A DNA stretch of 64,000 nucleotides from Camelus ferus (taxonomy: Eukaryota): the NCBI RefSeq assembly GCF_009834535.1, contig NC_045697.1, positions 50,098,001 to 50,162,000 on the forward strand, written 5' to 3'. Position numbers and translations under genes: made by a program. This document shows, piece after piece, positions 11,769-23,560 of the stretch (positions are counted from its first letter, which is position 1; each line of letters begins with the position of its first letter). The notes under the pieces are model-generated. The model searched no databases, was not told where the DNA came from, and was given only the letters and a program-made list of their open reading frames with translations.

Positions 11769-12085
11769 CTGTCACTGTCACTCAGTTCTTTGGCTGGAAG
11801 GCAATTTCTGCTGTCCTGTCCTGTCCTGCCCTGTTCCCTAAGCCTGGGGACACTAGGCTGGCACTAACATTTGGGTTCCCTGAAAGCAATGCTGCCAAAG
11901 TCATCAGTGGAACTTAGGGAATCTGTCAGGCTCTCAAACCTTTTCTGTTGGACAGCTTGGCCAATCACAAGTCTGTCACCTCATCTGATCACTGGGTACC
12001 TGGTAACACAGATGCTGGGATTTGAGAAATGTGGTTGTCTCCCAAATAGGAGTTGAAAGGTCACTGCTCCTTGGTCAGGCTGTCA
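11769..12085. promoter_or_regulatory. Candidate TALE-homeodomain (PBX/MEIS/PREP) enhancer
   Basis: Five CTGTCA hexamers (11769, 11775, 11923, 11973, 12080), including a perfect TGAGTGACAG decamer on the minus strand (11775-11784), and CCAATCA at 11961; flanks look non-repetitive. Confidence 0.35.
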
Positions 12086-13384
12086 GATTTCATTATGAAA
12101 ATACTGTCTATGCACTTCTGATGTGGTAGTGGGAATGGAGTACTAATGGAATTCAGTGTTTTTGCTGTATTACCACATTTATCTTATTCCAAAGTTCACT
12201 ATCAATCTAATAACATATTTTTTAGAAAGCAAAAAAACAAAAATTACACTGTTTCCATGATGGTAAATGTCCATATTAATTGCAAGTTATATCCTGATTT
12301 TAGAAGCATTTAATCGACAGGGAAAACCTTTGTTTAATAATGAAGACAATATAAAGATTTCATAGATATGTAATGGCTATGTTAGCCAAGATGAACTCAT
12401 GGAGTGTGATTGAGAAATAACTTTCTTTACTTTCTATGCAGCTCCTTTAAGCCCACTTATTTTAGGGATAGCTCCTTCCCATCCACTGAAATGAAACTTA
12501 AACCAAGGTCCCTGAAATTTTTGGTCACCTTTTGGTCTCAAAATTCAGTCCCAGTTCAGGACTTAATGCATCCAAACCAAATGATGGGACTGAAGGAGTG
12601 GGTAGTGCCATTAACCAGGATTCTCTTGCTGAAGTCCATTTGGCCCAGGGAAGATGACTACTCCATCTGATTGCTATGACTCCTTCTTTGAACCCTAAAG
12701 ACCTAGTGGGACCCTTCTAGTTTCTCTCTGCTTAAGTCCCCTTGGACCTTCATACAGTCTTCTTAGACAAGATGTGAAAAAACCACACCAGGTTTCTTGT
12801 ACATGATCCGCATCTAATCTACAGGGTTCGTTCATGCTTTTCACACCCTAACAAACTCTGAGAACACAAGACAATCCCAATGCAGCCACTGGGCTTTCAG
12901 TTCTCTCTCAGAGCAGTAATCAGCCACCATCTCGTGCTCTTTGTATTTTTCAGCTGTGATGCAGACAGCTGTCCACATATCTCGCTCTCTGGTTTCTGAC
13001 TTGAGGTCAGGAGAGGGCAGCTTTTACTTTTTCTCCGTGAGATAGGGGCTTGCAACACAGTGACAGTATCCCACAGAGCACAGTCTTCCAACATCCTATA
13101 CATTTCTCAACATCTCCAACCTTTTAAAAAATAGGTTAGATTTAATAGTCAGCTAAGGGGCACAGAACAGATTTTCAGAATTGCTCTTTTAGCCTTAAAG
13201 GTTCTACACGGTGGTTGTAGAATGTAGCATTTATTGTTTTGAGGACCTTGGCTGAAATTAAGACAGAAAAACTCTATTTTAGTATGTAATTCTATATTTA
13301 TCAGATCTCACCAGGCTGTATATTCAAACTAGTATCAAATTATATTTTCCTGGCTGTAGAGCTCATCACTATTTATCATCACTG

Positions 13385-14390
13385 TTATGGATACAAAATA
13401 TAGAAACCCAGCTCACATGGGCTTGCCAAATCATGGAATACATTAGCTCAAAGGATGGTACAATTCATAAACAGGAGTAACAGGATCCAGATACTGAAAT
13501 GATATAGCCAGGGATTGTTTTCTGGTTCCTTTTTAACTCTTCATGTTTTATGTCAAAGTGCAGTTTTTTTAAAAAAGGAAAATCATGACTCAGGCAAATA
13601 TAAAATAAATCCATTCAAAGATTTTATTTATTAGTTAACAAAAGAAACATAATGATATGAAAATGGGTCCAAAATCATTTGAGAAGCTAAACATTTATAG
13701 GCAACTTAATAAAGGCATACTAAGATAATATTGCTGGATAGATACATAAACTGGTGAATATCCAACAGGGCAATAGACTGTAACCTTTAGGATGATCTGT
13801 TCCATTGGACAGACATTATTTGCATCTCTGTGAGATGAATATCTGCCAGTTAACATGGGACTTCACCCCTGGATCTTTAACCAATTGTGAAGAATGAGTC
13901 AACCCAAGCTTATTTCTCTGGATATTTCTTGGGAAGACTTTATTGCTGAAAGGACTTGTTACTTAAATTTTTGCCTTGTCTCCCAATTTTGTGTAATTTC
14001 CCACAAAACTTGGCTCTTCTTCCCCCTATATTCGTTTCTTTCTCAGACAAGCTTTTACTATGTCTCAATCTTTGTCAGCTTTCAGCGTTCATTTTCCTTA
14101 TTGTTTGCAATCCCAGTGGAAAAAGAATGCTTCTTTTCCAAAATTTTGAAAAAGCCCTGGACTTTTCATTTCATGGCCTGACTTGGTTTGTGTGCCTGTC
14201 CACTACACAATCACAGTGGCCAAAAGCATGGAATGTATCCATTAGCCTTTCCTGAGGCTCGTGCTCACCAAGGGAGCTGGGAAGTGGGTCAGCTTCATTC
14301 AAACAACAAAGACTGAGAGTGAGGTAGAGGTGGTTTCCTGAAGAAAAATTAGAATTCTGTAACTTGAAGAAGGGCAGGTGTATGTCGCAC
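13385..14390 (-). mobile_element. Old MaLR LTR (MLT1J/K-like), split by an insertion
   Basis: agaaacccagctca..tgggcttg...; ggcctgacttggtttgtgtgcctgtcc..acaatcacagtggcca..gcatggaatg...gactgagagtgaggtagaggtggtttcctgaagaaaaat. Confidence 0.6.
13551..14045 (-). mobile_element. Probable ERV1-type solo LTR inserted in the MLT1
   Basis: ~500 bp interruption bounded by tgtcaaag...tttctca (TGAGAAA...CTTTGACA on the minus strand) with antisense AATAAA (tttatt ~13624) and TATA (tttata ~13695). Confidence 0.4.
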
Positions 14391-15739
14391 CGTCAGTCAA
14401 AAGTGACATGTGCACCATGTTCCTGCTCACTCAGGCCCTCCAGTCTTTGTCAAAGTCTTTCAGAGGATAATGGGGATCCTTGGAGATCGCTCACAACAGC
14501 TCCTGAACTACTAGGCTTATTCCGGGAACTGCCAAGCTGGGGGGCCACTTATTAGGGAATGCCAGGATGTCCTACCTGGTGCACCTCTTGTTCTGTGGGC
14601 ATCCCACCCTCTCTGCGTGCAGCCGGGTCTCCATAATGCAAAAGAATTGGAGGCTCCCAGGTGCCTGGATTCTGCCTTGGTTTTGGCAAAGTGATTAAAT
14701 ACCCACTTTCTTTTTGTGACAGTTTGTTAGAAGGGTCACAGACCACTGTGCTTTGACCTCATAGTTTTTAGAGTTTTTTTTTAAGTGAACTCAGTCTTAC
14801 CACTTTTATTGATTTATTATGAATTAATTAGCTTTCCATTGAATGTACACATGGACTAGGAGACAAACAAGAATAATGAACATTGTTACACATTCAAAAT
14901 AACCACCTTTCTGTCAACAAGGCGTTGTTTCCTGTTGGGGTCCTGGAAACCGGCCTGTAATTCTTTAGGGATGAATTCTCCCAAGCAGCATCTGAGTCCT
15001 GCAGTGGCCAGCAGGCTGACAGCCCCAAGAGTCTGCCAAACATGCTCAGACACATCCACACATTCCTTGGCCTCAAGCTGGGAGGCTCAGCTTCCAGGAA
15101 CAGAGTCATCAAGTATCACAACAAAAAAGAATCTTATATACACAGCTCTCGTATGGCAGATGTAGCAACCTTGGTTGGGAGAGAGGTAAAATTACTTCGG
15201 CAAGATCATTAGTTTGTTAGTGACAAAACTAAGACCATCCCAGACTTTCTGATATCTTGACAAGGATTCTTTCCACTTCAGATTTCTGCCAGTCCTTACC
15301 AGACGGTGATGTACTGAAATTACACAGAGAAGATAATATGTTCAGAAACCTACAAGTAATGATATACCTCATATGTTAAAAAAAGTCTGCCAAATTTAAT
15401 TCAAAACTACCCTGTGTATGTGGAATGCCTGCTGGTTTATAGATTGTTATGTTGCCAACTGAAAAAAAAATTCTGTTTGCTCTCTTTTCCCCCTTTTTTT
15501 CTTTTCTCAATTCTAGTTACATGATGCCCCTTTTCCGTAGTTCTCTTCAGAGCTGAGATAAAGCTTGGCAGAATCGGAATGACTATTTCTTTCCTTATTA
15601 GTTCATATGAGTAAAAGCCCTTGGTAAAATATAGGGGCTTTTTGAATAAAAGGGACAACTTCCCGCTTTCCAAAAAGTAGCCAAAGAGAATGCTAGTCTT
15701 GAAGATGAGCCCCTAAGCTTCCACATGTTAGAATAAAAG

Positions 15740-16810
15740 TGACTATGGTAGATGTTTGGGTGGAGGATATTGAAGACACTCCCCCCCCCCAGAGTCCCTC
15801 TTAGGCACCCCAGTGTGATGTGTGGATGCAGATTAGAGTCCCCGGGCCCCCAGGGAGGTGCAGAGCTGGCTGCCAGGAAGACCTCAGCAGTGGAGTTAGA
15901 AAGACAGCAAACAAGTGGACTGAGAAGTGGGCGACACAGTGGACTCAGGGTCCCGGCAGCAAACTCTAAGAGGACAGGGACTGAGGCCAAGGCCAGTCAG
16001 GGTGAACTGTGCTTCAGTGAGTTTGGTGAGGCTGGACAAAGACTCTCTCCTTGATGGAATGTTAGTCAGGCTTCTCTGAGCCCTTTTCTCAAGCTGGCCT
16101 CCACCGTGGTCCTGTCCAGTCTTTGGCCTGCCCTACCTAGTCTTGGCAAAGAATCCTGCTGACTTGTCCCCCAACCTACAACATCTGATCCATTCTTCAT
16201 TGTCTACCTCCATGCCTCAGTCCTTGGCCTCCCCTTAGCAAGAATCCTGTTAGGTCAGGTTAGCAAGAATTCCCCTTGATGTGTATTTTCTAATAGTAAT
16301 TTTCCATCCGCTGACCCCCTCATTCTGCCCCTTGGCTATAAATCCCCTCTTGTCCTTGCTGTATTTGGAGTAGAATACAATCTCTCTCCCCTATCACGAA
16401 CCCTTAATTCAGTAGTCTTGAATAAATCATGAATCCTTAATTCAGTAGTCTTGAATAAAGTCTTCCTTATCATTTTAACAAGGGTGAGAATCAGCTGTTT
16501 TTTTAAAATAGGACAGAGGAGAGCACTCAGACTCAACGCATCCCATCTACCTGACAACCAGGGCAGGGATGCTGCACAGACTTCCCTAAATCCAGATGCC
16601 CGCTGGGAGTAAGGAAGGGAGTAAACCCTGAGCTGAAGAGACGTGAACCCAAAGGGTCTGAGTTGTAAACCTCAAGAATTAAACTGAAGTAGTACCATCA
16701 GGTATTTCTGTTTGCAATGAAAATTGGGGCAGGTAAAGCAAAGTTCAGGTATGGAAAAGTAAAGAAAGTTGCACAGTTTTGTCTGTCTCAGCAGCTTTAC
16801 TTCATTTAAG
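15740..16810 (+). mobile_element. Ancient Gypsy-like mammalian LTR (MamGypLTR/LTR85-88-like), split by MER31
   Basis: Purine-rich body; 3' part ...aattaaactgaagt...gaaattggggc...aagtaaagaaagttgca..ttttgt resembles MamGyp-type LTR ends. Confidence 0.35.
16034..16509 (+). mobile_element. ERV1 solo LTR, MER31-like
   Basis: gacaaagactctctccttga..ttagtcaggcttctctgagccc; repeated agcaagaatcctg; ccttggctataaatccc (TATA); gtagtcttgaataaagtcttcctt. Confidence 0.85.
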
Positions 16811-18616
16811 AGCCACGTGTTTCTGAAAAATATCACCTCTAGGATCCTTTAATTTTTTGACCCCAGAAAAATTAAATGTAATTTTTATGCAGGGACAGAT
16901 TACTGTCTGTGAACAGAGCTATCTGCCTTCTCACATTCAGTCTCCACCCTTCGAGGGGAGTCAGGTTGGGGCTTCTCAAACTTAGTTATTCCTGGGAGTC
17001 CTTTACAGGGAGAATTTCTCACTTATTAAAAAAAAAATGAGATCTTTACAGCCTCAGGTATCCTATGCTTCTCCACTCCCTAATTTGCATGTGCTTAATC
17101 AATTCCTTGTTTTTCATTCTTCAAAAATCCAATCCAAATGCCTCCCTGTGTTGATGATCTCTCCAACTCACAGCCAGAGAGGTCTGTCACACACAAACCT
17201 AGCTCTCTGCAAGATTTCATGAGCTCATATTCCTCAGGCAGTAAAGGTCAACCTGACAAGTTGCCAAATCCAGAGAGGCTGCTCCTCCCAGCAGTAAGGG
17301 CTTTTCAGATCATTTTGCTTTTAAAGATCCCCCCACCTCTTGTTTTTAATAGAAGAGGGAGAGGGGAGAAAAGATAGTGATACATTTTGCTCAGTCTGAT
17401 TTAGTTACAAATCAATAGCTTTCCCCAGTGCAAGAGAACGTTATTCCCTTTACAGCTCCAGGTCTGGTAGATTTCCGAAAGGCCAGGGAACAAGCACGTC
17501 AAGAATTATGCCTCACTTCAGAGCTGTAATTTTTTTTCTTTATTTTTCTCCTGAAAGATGATGGCAGTATTTCCAAAAGTTAGGAGTGAAATGATTATAG
17601 TAAATGTATTTATTACTCCCTTTTGCAAATTGTGGAGTGCTAGCTCTCTGATATTCCTACCTGTTTTCTGAGACTATCTATATACAGTGTATTTATAGGT
17701 ACAGGCACTTTTTCTTTGGAAAAAGGCCCCTTCATACTGGAATCTGAAGGAGAACAGAGTTTAAATTGGGTGTATTTAAAAATAATCTGCTAAATCAACA
17801 TATACAGAACAATGTCATCACATACCTTTATCTCTCACACACAGACACATTATCAAGGAAAACTCTGAGGCCAGGGAGATACCTTCAACTTGAGATGAAA
17901 ACTCAAGGATGAGGACCCTTGCACTGGTTTGAGATTGAACACTGATAAAATCACTTCCAAATTTGAGGCTTGCTTACTCAGGTAATTCAAGCTCTTGTAT
18001 TTTATTTGGCATTAATTATTTGAAGAATTCAGGTGATGACATTTTAGGGTGTATGTATCATTCAAGTTCAAAGTCATGTTTCATTTGTAGTTTTCTTGAG
18101 CTGGATGGGTTCTATTTTCCATATTTCATCTAATGTAGAGCCTGGAGGTGGTGTTGGAATTCTACCAGTTATCAGAATATCATAACTCCTTCTAAATCAT
18201 TACTTTTCATCCTTCAAGCAAAAAATTTCCCCTCCTTTAAAACTCCTACCTTCAGATTTTATCACCTTCCTTGGTATCATTCAAGTCTGCTGGTCTCTAT
18301 CTTCCCATGTTATCTCATCAAATCACATAATATATGACTTCAGCACCTATGGTATTAATAATTTACCAACCTGGCGTCAAAGTTCCCTGATATCCTTGGC
18401 TTCAGTCGTTATCATCTAGACTGCAGAAATCTTTATCCATGGGCACATCTATGACCTTATTTGGTACAACTGTTCCATGTCTGGAATTCTAAATTTCGTT
18501 TTACTGTAACCTCCAAACTCAGATTGTCTTTGACTTCATTGAAATTCTTGACTCAACTATTTCATCCCAGTTTTCACTCTCCTTTATGAATTAATTTTCT
18601 TCTCTTTCTAGATCTC

Positions 18617-19545
18617 TTAGTTAAGATTGCATTCCACTGCAGGAAATAGAAAATTCAACCAGTGGTTTGGCTTAAATCAGTAGGTGCTTATTTTTCTCAT
18701 GTAACAGAAAGTTTAGAGGTAGGAGGTCACTACAGGGATTTTAGCCACGATGTATTAATTTTCTAGGACTGCTGTAACAAAGTGCCACAAACTGAGTAAC
18801 TTAACAGAAATTTATTGATTCATACTTCTGAAATCTAGAAGTCCAAGATCAAGGTGACAACAGGACAGGTTTCTTCTGAGGTTGGTGAGGAAGGATCTGT
18901 TCCTTGTCCCTCTCCTAACTTCTGGTGTTTTGCTGGCAACCTTTGGTGTTCTTTAGCTTGTAGAAGCATCTCCTGTTCTCTCTTTTCATCTTCATATGCA
19001 ATTTTTCTTTTTGTAAGCAAACCAGGCACTTTGGATTAAGACTTACTCTCATGTCCCCATTTTAACTTGATTACCTCTGTAAAATCCCTATCATTTAAAT
19101 AAAGTCACTCTGTGAGGTACTGGCACTTAGGACTTCAATATACGAATTCAGAGGGACACAATTCAACCTATAACATGCTTTGTGCCGTCGTCGTGGATCC
19201 AGGCACTCTTCACCCTTTCTCCCCACCACCTTCAGCTTGTGGGCTTTGATTCTTGTGCATGTTACCTCACGCTTAACAGACAACTGCTGCACCCTAGGAC
19301 AGCTCCATGTTCCTGGCAGGAAACAGAAGGAAGTGAAAAGGGCCACGCTGTTCGTATCCACTCCTTTTTACCAGGAAAGCAACTGTGTCTTTGTTTTCTA
19401 CATCATTGCTCAGAACCAGGTCATGAGGTCAACTTCAGCTGAAATAAAAACGGGAAATAAAATATTTAGCTTTCCAGTCTCAACAGGAGAGGAAGACAAG
19501 GGAGAAGAAGGTTAGGAATGGGTGTTGAGTGAACCTCTCTGTATT
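18617..19545 (-). mobile_element. Old MaLR LTR (MLT1J/K/L-like), split by a younger MLT1
   Basis: ttagttaagattgcatt..ctgcaggaaatagaaaa..gtggtttggcttaaa...tttttctcatgtaacagaaagtttagaggtagg; resumes after 19175. Confidence 0.65.
18751..19175 (-). mobile_element. MaLR solo LTR (MLT1C-like)
   Basis: tgtattaattttctaggactgctgtaacaaagtgccacaaactgagt...agtccaagatcaaggtg...gacacaattcaacctataaca; intact TG..CA ends. Confidence 0.9.
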
Positions 19546-20521
19546 GTTTATCTTACCAGCTTTAACCATATATATATATTTTTTTTTTTCACCAGCCCTC
19601 TGATATCCTCACTATATCTCTATTTGTGGCATCTACTTTGCTAATATCCAACCATCTGCCTTCTCTGTTACAACATCCAGAGCTGGTGAGAGCTCCTGGA
19701 GGAAGCCAGCCATCACCTGAATGAGAACCACTGCTAATCCATGTTCTCCAACCAAAAGGGTCTTTAGTATTACTTAGGAATACCAGTACACATCTCTGAT
19801 CAGCTCCCTCTTCTGTTCACCACTGAGATTCCAAACGTCTTTGGTTTTCTTCATTTACTCCCCTGCAGCCCACTCTCTCTCACTAGGAAAACTGTGGTTA
19901 TTACTGTGAACAGTCTCAATTTCCCTTTTCCCTACTTTACTGTCTCAACTTTCCTTCTAGTTCCCTAGTCCCCTTTGGCTTGTTCAAAGTTGATTCCTTA
20001 ATATAGGCTCTTATTTCCTCTTGCCTCCCCTGGGATCTTGCTGCATGGGTTACTCCTGCTGTCCATTTTTCACCCTTTCTCCACTCCCTTCTTTTTTACC
20101 TATAAACATGTCCAAGTCTCAGCTACAAAAAATATATAAATAAATAAATAAATCCATCCTTTCCTCCACACTTACGCTTTTCTCCAGTCCACCACTCTTC
20201 TCTTTCTTCTTGTCTTCATGATAAGCTTCTTGGAAGGATCTCCTTTACTTGCTGTCTTCATCTCTTCCCCTTCCAATCACTCTTAAACTTACTATAATCA
20301 GCACCTTGATAATCTACTAAAATTGCAGAGGTAATTTCCAGTGAGCTCCAAAGTGCCGAGTCCAATCAACTGTTTTTAGTTCCCATCTTATGTGACTTAT
20401 TTGAGGCATCTGACAGGAAATTTCTAATCCTGTGGCTTCTGAGATATGGCTCTCTTAACTCTCCTCCTCTCTGACTTTTCTTTCTTTTCCTGGCTTCTCT
20501 TCCATTATATGTATTTTGTTC

Positions 20522-21060
20522 TTTTTTTAAATTGATTTACTATATTAGTTTCAGGTGTACAGTAAAATGATTTGGTTATACACATACATGTATATATCTA
20601 TTTTTAAAAATTATTTTCCATTATAGCTTATTATAAGATATTGAATATAGATCCTTGCGCTATACAGTAAGCCCTTGTTGTTTATCTTATATATGGTAGT
20701 GCACATCTGTTAATCCCATACTCCCAGTTTATCCCTCCTTGCCTTTCCGTTTGGTAACCATAAGTTTGTTTTCTCTGTCTGTCAGTCTGTTTCTGTTCTG
20801 TAAATAAATTTATTTGTACTATTTTTTTAGATTCCACATATAATTGATATCATATGATATTTGTCTTTCTGTCTGATTTGCTTCACTTAGTTTGATAATC
20901 CCTAGACCCATCCATGTTGCTTCAGATGGTATTATTTCATTCTTTTTATGACTGAGTAGTATTCCATTGTGTATGTGTACCACATCTTCTTTATCCATTC
21001 ATCTGGTGCTGGACACTAGGTTGCTTCCATGTCTTGGCTGTTATAAATAGTGCAGCTACC
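20522..21060 (-). mobile_element. L1 3' end (cetartiodactyl/camelid type), 5'-truncated
   Basis: ttagtttcaggtgtacag...atattgaatatag.tcc..gctatacagta...tttggtaaccataagtttgttttct...ttttagattccacatataa. Confidence 0.9.
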
Positions 21061-22169
21061 TTTACATGTGTTTTGCATGTTGCGTCTTCCTGAAGTTTTG
21101 TTCTTGGCCTCCTTCTCTGTTGGTTCTCCAGTTTCTATCTGGGTAATCTCATCTATTCCCACATTTTCAACATGAGTCAAATCTCTGCCCATCTCTCCCT
21201 TAAAAGTTCTGATTATGTCAAACCACTTACCAGATGTTGATAACTAGCATTTCACAGGCATCTTAAACTCAACTTGTTCAAACTCAGATTTATCATCTGC
21301 TTTTCCTCCTTCCTTTTCTACCCTGGTGAAAATGGGTCCTGCATCCTCCTAGCTACTGTTTTTTGTATTCTCACCATTGAATGATCATCACATTTTAAGG
21401 AGTTCTTACAGCTAAATTTCTTTCCTTTTATCCACTGCTCCTTTTACTCAGATCATTACCTTTTCCTTATTTAGAGAAGTAGGCCTAACTGATATACCTC
21501 CCTCCTGTCTTAAGCCCAAAGAGCCATCCTCCAACCTCTACACCACTGTCACAGTAGTTCCCAGCTCAAATTATGCCCCTGCTTGAAAGGATGCTTATCA
21601 ACATGACACAGTCTGCATTCTTTGTTTTGCTGGGAAGATGCCACAAAACCAATTCCTTGTCTCCTTTCTAGGCCTTGCCTCTTGCTGTCCCTCCCATTTC
21701 CACATACCCTATGTTTGAGCTATATCAAATTATTTGCAGTGTTCAGTGAAAAGACCATTCAATCTTTTTTTACACATAATGCCTTTGGTAATATATCCCC
21801 TTGGCCAGCAATATCCTCTGTCATCATTTGATGATTATCTACTCATTTGTTGCACTTCTATTATGAAGACCTCACCCCTTCTCCATTCTTCAGGGAGAAA
21901 TGCCTACTCCCTTTTGTGCTTCTTCCATATCCTTATGTTAAAGGTTCTCAACTTATTTACATGTCTGCCCTCCTTTCTAGATTCTAACAAGATTGAGGGC
22001 AGCAACTGACCCTTGTGTGTCTGTGCGTTCACATCACCTATAAAGCCTGGCATGCAGTTGCTAAGAAGGTATGAAGGAATTCCTGTTTAGTGAAGTAGAA
22101 AGTCATACCGAGTTTAAAATTTAAAACATGAGGTTCAAGTATTCGGAGCCACTTTCAGTGTAAATAGGG

Positions 22170-23560
22170 AATTCGTTGGATCAGATTTATGCTTTAAAAT
22201 GATCACTTAGGCATTAATGGATTAGATGTAGGGGATAAATATATGAGGAGACCAGCTGGGGGCTGGGCTTGCTGCTGTCTTGGTGGAGATTGTAGTTTGC
22301 GCTGGAGAAAGCATAAGTTTGAGATACGTGAAAGAGAATAATCACGTATTTGTCATTTTCTGCTTCATAGAAAATTACCCCCAAAATTTAGTGACTTGAA
22401 ACAGCAAACATTTATTATCTCATAGTTTTGTGGGTCAGAAATTTATGAGCAGCTTAGTTGGGTGAGTCTAGTTCAGAGTCTCTCCTTAGATTGCAGTCAA
22501 GATGTTGACTGGGGCTGTGGTCTCCTGAAGCCTTGACTGGGGCTAGAGGACCCATTTTCAAGAAGACTCATGTGGTCTTTGTCTGGAGGCTTCTGGTCCT
22601 TGCCAGCTACATACTACAGGCTTTGGTTCCATGTCTGTTGGATCAATCCATAGGGTCCGCTTGAGGGTTTCCATGGTATAGCAACTGACCTCCTCTAGAG
22701 CCAGGCATCTAAGAGACATCATTGCTAAAGAGTGATGATGCCTTAATGACCTGCTCACACACTGTCACTTCCTAGGTTTCCTATTCAATGGAAATGAGGC
22801 AGTCACTGAGTTCAGTCTTCCTTTGAAGGCAGTGGAATTGGGTTCCATCTTTTAAAGAGAGGCATGTGAAGAATTTATGGACATACTTTATAACCATCAC
22901 AGACAGGATGCTGTTACTATAGTCCAGACTAGAAGCAATGAGGCTTGGGATAGTACAGTGGCAGTAGGATAAAAGTGGAGGAGGATAAGATAAATTTAGA
23001 AACTTGAGTTACTAGAATTGGTAATTAAGGACATTGTAGATGAGAAAGATGGAGGGAGATTAGGGTATATGTGGGATTCTAGCTCGAGCAGAAGGTTGAA
23101 TTCTGGTGCCCTTAATGGAAAAGGTCACTGCAGAAAGAAGAGCAGGTCTAATAGTGGAATATGAGGAAGGACATGGAAGGGGCATGTTGGGCAGGGGCTT
23201 GTTGAATTTTGCAGGGTTGGTGAAACATCGCCGTGGAGGTGTCCAGCAGGCATTTGTCTATACCAATCTGCTTGGAGATTTGCATTTAGGAAGTAATGGC
23301 CATTCAAAGGGTAGTAACATCCAAGGGCAGTTTCGTTCACCCAGGGAATGCTTGGGGAGGAGGGAGAGCCAGAGGCAGAAGATGGTAGCCAGTGGGACAC
23401 TGGTGTGAAGGGAATGACCAGTGAAATAGGTGCCTAGGAAAGGGATCAAGAACAGCTGTCAGAGGCCCAGGAAAGTGCACAGTCATGACAAGAAAGTGAA
23501 AAATGAAAGCTTTAGCACTGAGGGAGCGTTTCCCTTTCAAAAACTTTAATTGAAATCCAG
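22170..23560 (-). mobile_element. LINE-2 fragments (antisense)
   Basis: gatcagatttatgctttaaaatgatcact; gttactatagtccaga..agaagcaatgaggcttgg; ggagatttgcatttaggaag. Confidence 0.6.
22347..22900 (-). mobile_element. MaLR LTR (MLT1F/G-like)
   Basis: aaattacccccaaaatttagtgacttgaaacagcaaacatttattatctcatagttttgtgggtcagaaattt...aagaatttatggacatac.ttataaccatcaca. Confidence 0.8.

Larger units (their letters stand above)
18240..22090 (+). mobile_element. Long fragmented LINE-2 (interrupted by MLT1s and L1)
   Basis: L2 hallmarks: tcccatcttatgtgacttatttgaggcatctgaca, gttttgttcttggcctccttctct (SVLGPLLF remnant), caggcatcttaaactcaacttgttcaaa, ctagattctaacaagattgagggcag. Confidence 0.7.

Noticed and set aside
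16394..16459. CRISPR-like 33-bp direct repeats
   Set aside because: Only two adjacent copies without a spacer, inside a mammalian LTR
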